Shown here piece by piece: positions 1 through 12,800 of a DNA stretch of 64,000 nt (positions are counted from its first letter, which is position 1; each line of letters starts with the position of its first letter). A program made the position numbers and the translations under genes. Below the pieces are notes generated by a model, which did no database searches, was not told where the DNA came from, and saw only the letters and a program-made list of their open reading frames with translations. The stretch is from positions 151,156,001-151,220,000 of the forward strand of contig NC_042997.1 in assembly GCF_006345805.1 (NCBI RefSeq), given 5' to 3'. The DNA is from Octopus sinensis. Taxonomy: Eukaryota.

Positions 1-247
1 GCGTGTATGTGTGTGTATGTGTGCATATTCTAACAGGTGTGTGCATGTATATGGATGTATGGATGTGCGCCTGTGTATATGTGTTTCTCTCGCACCACTG
101 CCTGGCAACTGGTGTTGCTTTGTTTACGTCCCTGAAAAACAAAATAAACCATTCAAAGCATCGCCCGAGCATGGCTGCATTCCCATTACCAAACTGTGTG
201 TTAGTGTGAGTGTGCATGCGCGCATATATAATTATATATATATTATA

Positions 248-303
<56 letters not shown>

Positions 304-953
304 TTTAAGTGTGTGTGTGTGTATGTACGCTGTATAAACATTCATTTCATACGTATGTGAATGTATTTGTGCTTAATTGTGTGTGTGTGTTTGTTTGTGT
401 TTGTGTGTGTGAGATACAGAGAGAGCGCGAGGGAGGGGAATTATATTTATCTCTCCTTGTGGACATGCGTGTGCGCATATGAATGTGTAGTTGTGATCGG
501 CAGAGGCGGTACATATCTATTATTGAATTCGACCGTATTTACTTGAATTTACAATATGAATTGTAGATAAACGTAACGAAAAACCATAAGCAAAGAAAAT
601 ACGCAAAGATAAGGACCTGAACAATGGATGCATAACAATGATTGATGCAGGTATAGTAAAAAGTGAAGATTATTTGAAATAACAATAAAAAATAGAATGT
701 GAAATAATTCGGAAATCCAAGGCTGAGAAGCCCAGCACAACTGCTAAAGCATAAGCAGTGAGATAGAATGCTGCGAAAATATTCATATTTGTTTAATCTT
801 TTCATCGTTAAATTCTTGTCTAAACCAGATAATTCAGATATATGTGTGTACGTATTTTTGCATGTATATATATATATATACACATTAGTGTCGTATTTTT
901 ACGTTCGCTATTTCCAGTAAATATCGGTACTTAGTTGTGCCATTTATTTACTA

Positions 954-992
<39 letters not shown>

Positions 993-1012
993 TATACGTA
1001 TATATACATATA

Positions 1013-3155
1013 TGGCCTAAATGTCTCTCCTCGCCAGACATCGACGTGAAACTTCAACAATTCATGTCTGTAATGCAAGCCATATGCTACAAATGTGTCC
1101 CAGAGAGAAAGGCCACTGTACACAAGAACAAAATCCCCAGAGAGAGGAAAATCTTAATGAGACGGCGTACGAAATTTTCAAATCGCCTAAACAAACAGAT
1201 TGAAAGCAGTGAAAAGTCCCGCCTAAAAATAAAACTGTTGGAAATCGAAAAATGTCTGCAACTCTCCCATGAAAAAGAAAGAGCAGACAAAGAAGCCTGG
1301 GCTATAGAAAACATAAAATCTAACCCCAGAGCTTTCTACAGATATGCCAAAGAAACAGCTACAGTGCACTGTAGAATAGGGCCACTCCTCGAAAAGGATG
1401 GCACACTTACAGGAAAACCAATGAGGGTAAGTGAAATACTGAATGAGCAATTCAAGAGTGTTTTCACTCCACCCCTTGGGCATCTCCAAATCACCAATCC
1501 AACTGACTTTTTTACCACTGCAGATATAAAATCAGAGGCGGCGACGATAGATTACATCGATATAAAGGAAGACGATGTAACCAAGGCTATAGATGAAATG
1601 AAAACAGACTCAGCTACTGGCCCCGATGGATTCCCGGCAATCCTCCTAAAAGACAGTCCTAGCAAGACCACTGCAGTTCCTCTTTCAGAGCTTCCTTGCA
1701 GCTGGCAAACTTCCAGGAAAACTGAAGGAAGGTAAAATATGCCCCATTCATAAAGGAGGTAGCAGAGCGGAAGCCAAGAACTATAGACCTATCTCTCTGA
1801 CCTCACACATCAGCAAGGTCATGGAACGAATAGTCAGAAGGAAGCTGATCACCTTCCTTGAAGAGAATGACTTGCTGCCCGACACACAACATGGTTTCCG
1901 ACCAGGGAGAAGCTGTTTAACTCAGCTCCTACAACACTATGACTGGGTGCTGAAACGGCTGCTCAACCACTCAAATGTGGAAGTGATATATCTCGACTTT
2001 GCAAAGGCCTTTGATAAAGTCGATCATGGAATGATATGTCACAAACTGCGTGATCTCAACATAGTTGGAAAACTGGGAGAATGGCTTCATGACTTTCTGA
2101 AGGATAGAAGTCAGGTGGTAGTAGCCAATGGGACCACCTCCATTAACACACAAATAGTGAGCGGTGTTCCGCAGGGCACTGTTCTGGGACCACTACTGTT
2201 CATAATGGCCCTCTCAGACATGCCCTCAGCCACGCAGAGAGCCACGATCACAAGTTATGCAGATGATACAAAAGTTTCACAGGCAATACAGAACCCTGAG
2301 GACACTAAACACCTGCAATGTGAGCTGGACGAAATATACAAGTGGGCTGAAAAGAATAGCATGCAGTTCAATGCTGGAAAGTTTCAAGCTTTATACTATC
2401 AGCATGCAAAACTGAATGCAATACCCAATGAATACACTGGACCCGGAGGGATTGCAATCCCAGAGGCACAATCAGTGCGTGACCTGGGTATTCACATGAG
2501 TGATGACGCGACCTTACATGTACATGTTGCTAAACTGACAATGAAATGTAGACGGCTGGCTGGATGGATTCTTAGAACCTTTAGAACAAGAGAACAAGAA
2601 ACCATGATGGTCCTCTGGAAGACACTTGTCCTAAGCCACTTTGACTATTGCTCTCAGCTATGGTCACCATCCAGTGTCAAGTTGATCACAGAACTTGAGG
2701 CGATCCAACGAAGCTACACAAAGAAGATAGCCTCTATGCAGAAAGTAAGCTACTGGGAAAGACTCAAGAGATTAAAATTATATTCCCTGGAGCGTAGGCG
2801 GGAAAGATATGCCATAATATACATCTGGAAGATCCTGGAGGGAAGTGTCCTGAACTTTGGCATCGAGAGTTACGCAAATGCCAGAACTGGGCGCCACTGC
2901 GTGGTGCCTAGGACTCCAAACCTGCCATCAAGATGTAGGACAAGATTCTGTGATAGCCTGGGCTTCCGAGGCCCACAGCTCTTCAATATCCTCCCGAAGA
3001 ACCTGAGAGACCTGCATGGGGTGGATACAGATGTCTTTAAAATGAAGCTGGATCTCTTCCTGTCAGGTGTCCCAGATGAACCAACTTCACGGCAGGAGGG
3101 GCAGATGAGGGAAGCTCTCATGCACCAAATAGCAGTTGCTAGAAAGCCTCCATGA
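1013..3155 (+). pseudogene. Disrupted ORF2 (reverse transcriptase) of the CR1-type LINE
   Basis: ORFs 935-1735 and 1821-3155 join through one frameshift near 1650 (LLK / KTVLARPLQFLFQSFLAAGKLP...KNYRP). The 5' end is lost in (TA)n. Confidence 0.85.
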
Positions 3156-3236
3156 AGTGAAACCAAGTAGCAACACCAAATGGCGGTGCCCCAGCATGGC
3201 CACAGCTCATAAGCTGAAACTAGAATCAATCAATCA
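1013..3236 (+). mobile_element. 5'-truncated CR1-type non-LTR retrotransposon (RT plus 3' tail; no endonuclease region)
   Basis: Motifs NPRAFYRYAK, ATGPDG, KNYRPISLTSHISKVMERI, QHGFRPGRSCLTQLL, YLDFAKAFDKVDH, SGVPQGTVLGPLLF, SYADDTK. Ends in a stem-loop and short (AATC)n tail. (TA)n on both sides. Confidence 0.9.
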
Positions 3237-3537
<301 letters not shown>

Positions 3538-4033
3538 TGAATGTGCCTATGTGCACATGGATACCTTTGAAAATATACCACCAACACTCACTCGGGTCTT
3601 TTCATAAACTATGTCAATGTATAATCGTACAATATATTCACTCCGTCAAAAGGGTAAGCCTTCTATCAGTGAATATATGACAACCGAAACCAAATTGTTT
3701 TATGATGTTTTCAACCGAAAATAAATAAACACGACGAGAACAGAAATAAGCATATTGCAGTGTTGATGTCAGTTTGTTGCACAGTGATTCCATTGAAGAA
3801 TATATGCATACAATTAGATACAATTTCAGTTGCCGAACCGTAATAACTGAAACAAGTACATTGTGCCAAAGATAAGGGCGAACAATGAAGGCAACATATA
3901 ATTTATATGGTTCTTTAGGAAAGGGAGGGAGTAGACATGCATAAGTACACTCCCACACAGGTAATCATTGACTGGCGTGCTTGCGATTGTTTTATAAATG
4001 TTTTCCTTTGGAAATGCCATTGTATTCCTCTAC

Positions 4034-4096
<63 letters not shown>
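4034..4096. repeat. (ATCT)n microsatellite, 5' flank of the Tx1 element
   Basis: Perfect ATCT run ending at the element junction. Confidence 0.95.
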
Positions 4097-4754
4097 AGCG
4101 CCAAGAACAGAATCATCACCACCAACAACAAATAAACCAATTCCAACACCAAGAATAACAACGAAGAAGACAAGCACCAAGGATGTAGGAGAGACAATAA
4201 CCACAACAAACCCCCCAGCAACACCCTCCCCGCGCACCACAACAATATCTACAACCGCACAAACAGACCCAGACGCTTTACCCTTACCCCCTGCTGATTC
4301 GTCAGACTTTTCATCTAACGATGAAAGTTCGACAGAATGGCAAATAGCCACAGGGGGTAAAAGAAAAAGATCGAGAAAAACCAAACAAGAAATCGCAACC
4401 AAAGCAGGGAGATACCTGAACCCTGAAAGCTCCATACACAACCAAACAAGCACCAACACCACAAAAACACACACAATGCTATCAGCGATAGACACAAAAG
4501 ACTCCAAACTAATGGAGTACATCACAGGCTACACAAACATCTGTGAAGATGACTTCAAAACGAACAACCATCCACGCACTACACCACCCAAACACATCAA
4601 AATACTACACATCACACAAACACAACACCACAAACTCAAAGCCCTCTTCCCAAATGCTGTAGGGGGTTTCCAAAAATATCTATCCCAAAAACTTTATAAA
4701 AACCTCCTCCAAGACATCAAAGAACGAGGAAGCAAAAACTTTCGACACAAGTAA
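4097..4754 (+). pseudogene. C-terminal part of ORF1 of the Tx1-like element
   Basis: Open frame with no start codon, Thr/Pro-rich, contains basic WQIATGGKRKRSRK. Stop at 4752-4754, 54 nt before the ORF2 ATG. Confidence 0.65.
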
Positions 4755-4808
4755 GTAACTCTCTGTACTTTCCTTTTTGTGTTTTAAAGCACACAACCCA
4801 ATAGAATC

Positions 4809-7800
4809 ATGGTCAAGATTGGTTGTGTGAATGCGCGTGGCTTGGGGTCTCCTTGGAAACAAGGATACCTCCTAAATGACATCAAGTCACACGATTTGGG
4901 AATCATAGCCATAAGTGAGACCAGACTCCACGAGCCACGGGCCCTAAAGTCCATGTTTGGCGGACAGTTCAACATTTATTTTGCTCCCTGTCTGCCGAGG
5001 TTGGGCGGTAGTGGCACCGCGGTACTTTTTCACAAGAGCCTAGATCTCGAAGTCAAGACGATATTCGTAGACCCGGAGGGTAGACTGGCGTTCGTCGACG
5101 GCAGCAATGGGTGCGCTTTACGACTCGTATCAGTCTACGCACCGCCTTTAACAGGTCGGCCGGATTTCTTTCGACGTCTAGAAGTATTCCTGGGAACGTC
5201 TCGTCCTTTACTTTTAGTGGGAGATTGGAATACTACCTTGGACACGCATCTAGACTATGTGGGGAGAGACAAAAACAGAAGGGGATGCAAATGCCTCAGA
5301 GACCTGCTCAGACGATTCCAACTGTCTGACAGGTACCGACTCGACCACCCAAATGCACCAACGTGGACATGGAGCAACTGCAGTGGGTCGTCGAGATCGT
5401 ATCTAGATAGGATACTGTGTAGGACAGTAGACAAGGATAACTTAGGATGTCCACAATTCCATACAGTCAGCTACACGGATCACAAATTCGTGACGTGTAC
5501 GCTAGACTTAGATAAGGCACATCGACAGGGTCCTGGGTACTGGAAACTGAACGCATCATTCCCGTCCAGACAAGTTTTCAGAGACCGGATTAGCACACTA
5601 GTAAAGAGGGCTTTGACGGGAGCCATCATCAACAACAAATGGTGGTTTGCCCTCAAGAGAGCAGTAAAAGCAGAAGCGATTAGATACAGCAAAGCACTAG
5701 CCATAGATAGAAATAGAGTAGAGGGTGAGCTAATTAAGAAGCTAGAAGAGGCAATTAGAAGCGGCATCGCATCCGACGTTTTGGCGGCGAGGTTGGCCCT
5801 CGACCAACACTTCAACGCCAAACACGAAGGATATGCTGTCAGAGCTAGGATGCGTGCTCTAAGGAACGAAGGTGTTGGAGCCGCGAGAGAGGCCCGGGTG
5901 GCGGAGGCGCAGCAGGGCAACAAAGCCACCATTCGGTCTCTGGTAGATGAACAAGGGCGCGAATTGCTCGAGCCCAGCAAGATGTGCGAGACATTTCAGC
6001 GGCACTTTGCCCGACTGTACGGGACGAGTGGTGAGCGTGAACGCAGGGTGGATTTCAGTGCCTACCTGCACAGCCTACCACGACTCTCGGCAAGAGAGGC
6101 AGAGTGCTGCGAAGGTGCCATCACGGCGGCGGATGTGCAGGACGCGATGGCAGAATGCTCGAGAGACAAATCGCCGGGTTTGGATGGTCTGCCCTAAGAG
6201 TTTTACAATTGTATGCCAGACTTGTTTGGAGACGTCTTGGCAGCGGTATACTGCAACTGGCAGCAAAACGGGAGCATACCCGGTTTTGTGAGTCGAGAAG
6301 CTGTAACACTGCTGAAGAAAGATCCAAACAAGGGGAACATTATAGATAACTTTAGACCAATCACTCTGCTCAATGCAGACCTGAAAATTTTGACAAAGGT
6401 GTTAGCCAAGAGGTTGGCGCTTGTCATCGAGAAACTGGTCGACAACGCACAAACGTGCGCCGTGCCGGGCCGGAGCATCCATGACAACCTCCATCTGATG
6501 CGCTACATCATAGACGGGGTAGTTAACGAACCTGGCATGGGTGGGGCCCTGATCAACTTGGATCAATCGAAAGCCTTCGATAGGGTAGACCATCGACACT
6601 TGGAGGCAGTCCTGAGAGCGACTGGTTTCGGTCCCGTCTTCCGCGGCTGGATAGCTGCCTTGTACAGAGGCATCCGTTCGGTAATTCGCGTGAATGGACA
6701 TCTATCGAGACCTTTCGACATTGCAAGTTCGGTCCGTCAGGGATGCCCCCTCTCGGCGCTTCTATACGTATTGACTCTTGAGCCACTACTGCGGAAGCTG
6801 GCGACCCTGAGGGGCATCCCGCGAGAATTGGGATGCGGGACGAGCGTCTGCATACGCGGACGACGTCACCGTCATAGTGTCAAGCCACGAGCACATCGAG
6901 CGGGTCGGCGAGACACTGAAAGACTACGAAGCGGTCACAGGAGCAAAAATCAACCGGGAAAAGTCAGTGGGCTTGCGGCTCGGCACCTGGAGAAGCAAGC
7001 CCATGCAGTCCACCAGTACCTCCGTCGTGGGACGCTGGACAGACGGCCCGGTTGAGTTGCTCGGGGTCTGGTTCGGTCCGGACCTCCAAATGGAGAAGAA
7101 CTGGAACGAGATAACGAGTAGGGTGGTCAATCTCGCCCAGCAATGGGCCGAGAGGAAACTGTCCCTAAAAGGTCGGGCGGAGGTGGCGAACACGTACATC
7201 GCGTCCATCATCTACTACCCCCTGACCGTCGTACCTTGTCCCGACCCTACCATCACCAAACTAGAACGCATCCTCTTCCGCTTCTTGTGGAAAGGATGCG
7301 TCCCGATGGTCAGGCGATCCATTTGCTGTCAACACCCGTTAAAAGGAGGGCTGGGCATGCCGTGGTTGATGATGCGCAGACACGCGCTGAGACTGCGACA
7401 TCTCCGGCTCTATGTAGACAACGGTGAACAGGTGTGATCGCCGTTTGTGAGGCACGCATTCCCGCAACTTGTCTCCATGACCGAACTGCAGTCGTGGATC
7501 AAAAAGAGGCCGAGGAAGGGCGAATGGCACCGCGAGTGTCGCGTTGCTCTCAAGCAACTCTGCCGTCCCGGGTCGACCTTGAGTGACTTCAACACAACCA
7601 AAGCATTCTATAGGGGATTAGTGGAGGGGAGGTACGACGACGATCTCGGGGCAAACCTGGGCGTCGACGAGGAATACATGACCCGCCTGTTTCAAACGAC
7701 TTTCGGCCCGGGACCTATGGACAACTTCCAGAGATCCCTGGCCTGGCGGTGCTACCGAAAAGCGCTACTCGTTCGGGATAAGCTCTATAGGCATGGCTCG

Positions 7801-8238
7801 AGAAACACGGGGCCGACCTGCCCGAGATGCGGGCAGAGCGACGAAACCGCTCTGTACGCAATCGTGCAATGTCCAGCAATTTCCCACCTGTGGGCTTATG
7901 TTGAACGACTGCTGTTACGTGTGGGACGTGTCGGTTTATCAGCCGAGTCTATCGTTAATATCGTCACGCCTCCTTCCTTCAAACGGGAAGGAAGAGCTAT
8001 TTTTATCATACTTGTGGCTATGGCGAAAGAATGTATCTGGTGGACGCGCCTGAAAGGATTAGAGACAAACACTTTCCTCTCTGGTCAATCTCTCATCAAC
8101 TTCTTCAAGTATCACTTGAGGAGGAAAGTGAGAGTAGAGAGGCAAGTTTTGTCTAGTGAATGTTTTAAAAAAAGATGGGTGAATGTAGCAAGGATGGCAC
8201 GTATGAATGACGAAGCCACCTTGACTATGATTCTATGA
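4809..8238 (+). pseudogene. ORF2 (APE endonuclease + RT + zinc knuckle) with three frame lesions
   Basis: APE motifs VNARGL, ISETRL, VYAP, VGDWN, YLDRIL, TDH. RT motifs NFRPITLLNADLKIL, LDQSKAFDRVDH, VRQGCPLS, SAYADD. Knuckle CPRC...(H>Y)AIVQC. Lesions: TAA at 6195-6197 (GLP*E), frameshift near 6846, TGA at 7435-7437. Confidence 0.9.
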
Positions 8239-8603
8239 ACCATAAAAATTAATACAGAGAGTCGCTTATTTGGAAAAAAAAAAAAGAAATATAACATGTG
8301 ACTTCATTGACCGAGGTTACCGTGGTCTTTTCCGTAAGCTTTTCTTTCCACGGGTAAACCTCACCTGTCCTCCCCTTTACACTTCATATTGACATTTCTG
8401 TGATAACGATCCCTATTGATCAATTTTTTTCCTGTCCCCCTTTTTTTTTACCCCCCCCCTTTTTTTGTCCTCTTTCTCTCCTTTTACGATCCCTTTTGAT
8501 CGAAACTACCCCCCTCTCCTTTTTTTTTTAACCTTCAAAAGAAAAGCTCTACCTTGTAATCTGTTCTATCTGTGTGCAGCCCTGTGTGGCTAATAAAGAA
8601 ACA

Positions 8604-8657
<54 letters not shown>

Positions 8658-8752
8658 CCTATCTATTTATCTATATATCTATCTATCTTTCTATCTATCT
8701 ATCTATCTATCTATCTATTTATCTGTCTATTTACCTATCTATCTATCTATCT
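8604..8752. repeat. (ATCT)n microsatellite, 3' flank of the Tx1 element
   Basis: Direct reading; same orientation as the 5' flank. Confidence 0.95.
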
Positions 8753-8975
8753 CGTTCACTTTCGCCCTATTCATACACAAGGAACGTACACATACTCATA
8801 CACACACGCGCGCGCACATACACATCCAATCATATATAATAGCAAATAAAAGTGATCACATGACTGCTATTCTGAAATCACTGATTAATGGATAATACGC
8901 TCTATAGTCTCATGACGTTTTACTTTAACGAAGTATATATTTGTCTATTGAGTTGTAATAATTGGTTAGTATATA

Positions 8976-9558
8976 CGGAGCAACCTCGGTTCTCGATCAT
9001 AATTTGTTCTTGAAAATCTATTCTGAAACTGAATTGCTCGTGAACCGAATCATTTGATGTAAAAGTGATTGATTCGTTTTCAAGCACCAGATGACCGCTT
9101 ATTTACATGTTTGCACAATATATTTTAGCATAAAAATGTTTATTCAAACTGTAAATAATACAGTATTATAAATAATACTGTCTTAGAAGGGGATATCCCT
9201 TCCATAAAATCTTCTGGTAACTGTCTTTCGGGGGTTTCTTTCCTTCTATGTCTCTTTGACTCAGGTAACTATTTTTCTGTTTTTTTTTTTTCTCTTATTC
9301 TTTCAGTTTGATTTTGCAATGTTAGTTGCGTTGTAAAATCTTTCTAAAATAAGACATGGCATTGCAATTGAAAAGGTTTACTGCTGTATTTGCAACCATC
9401 GATCGACTCACAAATGATTCGGTTCGAGTTAAATCGCTTCGGCAATGTTGTTCGAGAACCGAAATTTTTTGTTACAACTGAGGCATATTTATCTCGAATG
9501 TTCTGTTTGAATACCGATTTTTCGACATATGAGACGTTCGAGAACGAAGATTGCACTG
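8976..9558. mobile_element. Tigger/pogo-like MITE
   Basis: Imperfect TIRs (CGGAGCAACCTCGGTTCTCGATC versus the reverse complement of GTTCGAGAACGAAGATTGCACTG). TA on both sides. Subterminal inverted pair GAACCGAATCATTTG / CAAATGATTCGGTTC. Confidence 0.65.
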
Positions 9559-9560
9559 TA

Positions 9561-9655
<95 letters not shown>

Positions 9656-9751
9656 GGGAATAAGTGGAATACATAGAATTCGGCCATGCTGTAGCAGCGC
9701 TTTGAATAATTTTTAGTCGAATATATTGACCTCAGTACCTATACTTTCAAC

Positions 9752-9830
9752 AGGTACGTTATTTTATCGACCCCCGAAACGATGAAAAGCAAAGATGATT
9801 TCGATATAATTTGATCTAAGTACATAAAGA
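9752..9830 (-). mobile_element. Degenerate fragment of the SINE family at 35752-35981
   Basis: GGTACGTTATTTTATCGACCCCCGAAACGATGAAAAGCAAAG resembles 35843-35885. Confidence 0.55.
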
Positions 9831-12800
9831 CAGACAGAATGTCGATAAACATTTTGAATGGCGAGCTAACGATTGTACCAGTCGCCTTTGCCTCCTGAGC
9901 ACTGCAAATGTAGAATAACATGTACAGAATCTGGAGAATATCGCAACTCACCTGTAATCGGCTCGCCTTTTAAGTGAGCAAAATTGCTGACTGTAAAATA
10001 AAACATGAATGAGCATCACACAGTATGCCACTCTACTGCATTCCATAAGCAAATGCATTTATCTGGTCTCTTGCCAACTGGATTTCCACTAAATATTCAA
10101 CACAATATAAGAGTTTCATAACTGAACTGAAAGCGAATTTATTGCCTCCAAAATTCCAATACATTCTACTTTTACCACAAGAAGGGTATCTCCATCAACC
10201 ATTTATAGTTCATTTGCTCATAATTCCTCACCGTTCCTGAAATGACCCCATATGTTGCAAACGATATTTCTCTCGAATGAATTAATGACGGATCACTTTA
10301 GTTTCGAGCACATTCAACGGAAAAAAAACCCAAATAGATGAAAACAATTATCGACCCTACCTCCTTAAATAGCGCTTTTTTCCCCAGATGCTCTTTATTG
10401 GGTTTCTGAAATCTCAATTTACTAGGGACATTTTTTATTCAATAGGGATCTCTTGACAATGGAAACCTTAGGGAAAACTCTCTGTGTCTGGTACAGTAAA
10501 CTCTTGGATTAACCGATCGTATTTTGGTTGAAAAAGTTCATCTCAAATTGCGTTACAATATTCTTGCACTAATATAACATTACCGTATATATGGTGTATT
10601 TGCTTTAGTCCATACCCTTTTGAGCGCCGTGTATGCTATTGCCACCTGTACATTAGAGCGGTGCTTGCTATTGCCCCCAACTACTCGCTGTCCTATTCAG
10701 AAGAAAGCAATAATTATTGCTCCTAAATCCTCATTCATAGAAGCCATCAGCATTCTACTTAAACAGCTTCATGTCAAACGTGCATTGGCTCTGTGACCAG
10801 AAACCTCTGATCAAAGAGATATGAATGTCATGTTTCTTGCAAAGGGAACATAACATGTAAACAGCATAAACGCACACACAAACGTACACAAACGCATATG
10901 CACACACACACACACACGCACACACTCACATACACATAAACACACACACACACACTCACTCTCTCTCACACACACGCACGCACACACATTTCATAAATCG
11001 ATGAAAAATATTACTGCTTATCTAAAAGTCTTGTACAAAATTCATAACCTAATAAATTCTATGTTCCAAAGGTATGCTTTTCTCATCAGAGATGGAAAAT
11101 ATTTCACTTTTGATCAGATATTTAGTTCAATAAAAACCGCCCACTAAAAACTTACAGAATCTAATTATTACATCTCAAAATAACGACCAATTATCTTGTT
11201 GATAACCACTCATTTAGTTGCACATTACATTGCCTTACCCATGTGCCTGCTTTTCCTCCTGACTTCTATAACATCTACAATAATTTCTTTTTATCTGAGT
11301 CAGAATGTTAACTTATTCCAACATTCTGAAGCTGAACGATGCTCTATTCCTCTCGATCTCCAGAACCTATAGTTATCATCATTATTATTTTTATCCCTCA
11401 AAACCACTGGATTTCCCGACTCGCCCGGGTCGAGCATTAGTCATATAAATCACATCGATGTCAGAGGACATCCGAAGGTCATGGGTATTAATCCTTATTT
11501 CCCTGCTGAACTGTAAAAAGATTTAATCAGCTACAACTTTCCCTTAGAATGTTCCTCCATATTACCATCATTAGAAACCAAATATTATCTGGCACTCTTA
11601 TACAGGTCGTGTATTACTATCCAGCTGAGACTATGCACTAAAAATAGATCGACTGATGATCAATTCGGAGATTTATTTTATCGATTCCAGGACTAAGGAA
11701 AGGATTAATCGATCCATATTGTAACGCATTTAATCTTCTGTTTTACCAATACTCCACCGACTCACCCAAATATATTATAGATTTTATAACTCGCTTGATT
11801 TTGAATTTTGGAATTTGGAGCGTTGAATTCGATTTCTTTGTGTGCTGTTCCCAATGATGATAGGAAAATCGAGCAGATTTGTGTGAGATTAAAACAGAGA
11901 TCACTGAGACATTCAATGCCTGTGTTACAATTATAAATCAACTCGTGTGGTTGCCATACCTTTACGATGCTGTTCCATTATTTATTAAGTTATTTCTTTA
12001 TTAATCATAGTATATGTCAAACAGTCAAAAACAGAGCGAGATTTAAACTCAAGAGATACTGACCCCGTTTTAATTCTTTTATCCACTATAGAGCCAAGTG
12101 TTACAAAATTATGGTTATTATGGTAAGAATGTGCACTTTCCAGAAAACGGCATTAACTTAAACCATACATTGAAGGTACTACCTCTGTTTCTCACACTAG
12201 CGTTGGAAGCATGATAAACGTTAGTGTTACAATGATCTTTTCTTTAATTAAAGAGTATCTCAAACGTTAATCTCTTCTCTAATTAAAGAGTCTGAGATGA
12301 TACCGTTCAGCAGTTATATCATTCACATCTCATACATTGTTAAATACGCGAACTCCAATTTCTTTACGTGTGGAAGCGTTTTGAAAGGAATTTAGTTGTA
12401 ATTTCTTACACATGGTTTTTGGTTCCGTCCTCCATCGTTGAGTCTTGCTTCTTTAAATGAATTAGACAGCGGAGAGAGACTAGCAGCCAGAAAACTGATA
12501 AATAGAAGCTGAAAGTTTATTTTCAAATAGGAAATCTATTCCAAAACCTGTACATATTCGGCCCGCTAAAATCGCATAAGGTTTAGAAGATTAAGTCCCT
12601 TCCTTCAGCACAATGGTGCAGTCCCGACAATGGGCTTCAACATAGTCTTATTTAGAAATGTTCATTCAAAAAACCGGTCAAAATTCAACTCTAGCAGAAG
12701 ACACGTGTCAAAATGTTTTTCTCACAGGATTGAAATACGAACTTCGTGATTTCCAATCGCTACGATTATATTTATATTAGTTGTTTCAGATTTAGGGTCC

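Larger units (their letters stand above)
4097..8602 (+). mobile_element. L1-superfamily (Tx1-like) non-LTR retrotransposon, 5'-truncated within ORF1
   Basis: C-terminal ORF1, then ORF2 with APE endonuclease, RT and C-terminal zinc knuckle. Pyrimidine-rich 3' UTR with AATAAA at 8592-8597. (ATCT)n on both flanks. Confidence 0.88.

Noticed and set aside
4088-4525. 145-aa antisense ORF (also 5480-5980 and 54341-54772)
   Set aside because: Shadow frames of retrotransposon coding sequence with no independent motifs.
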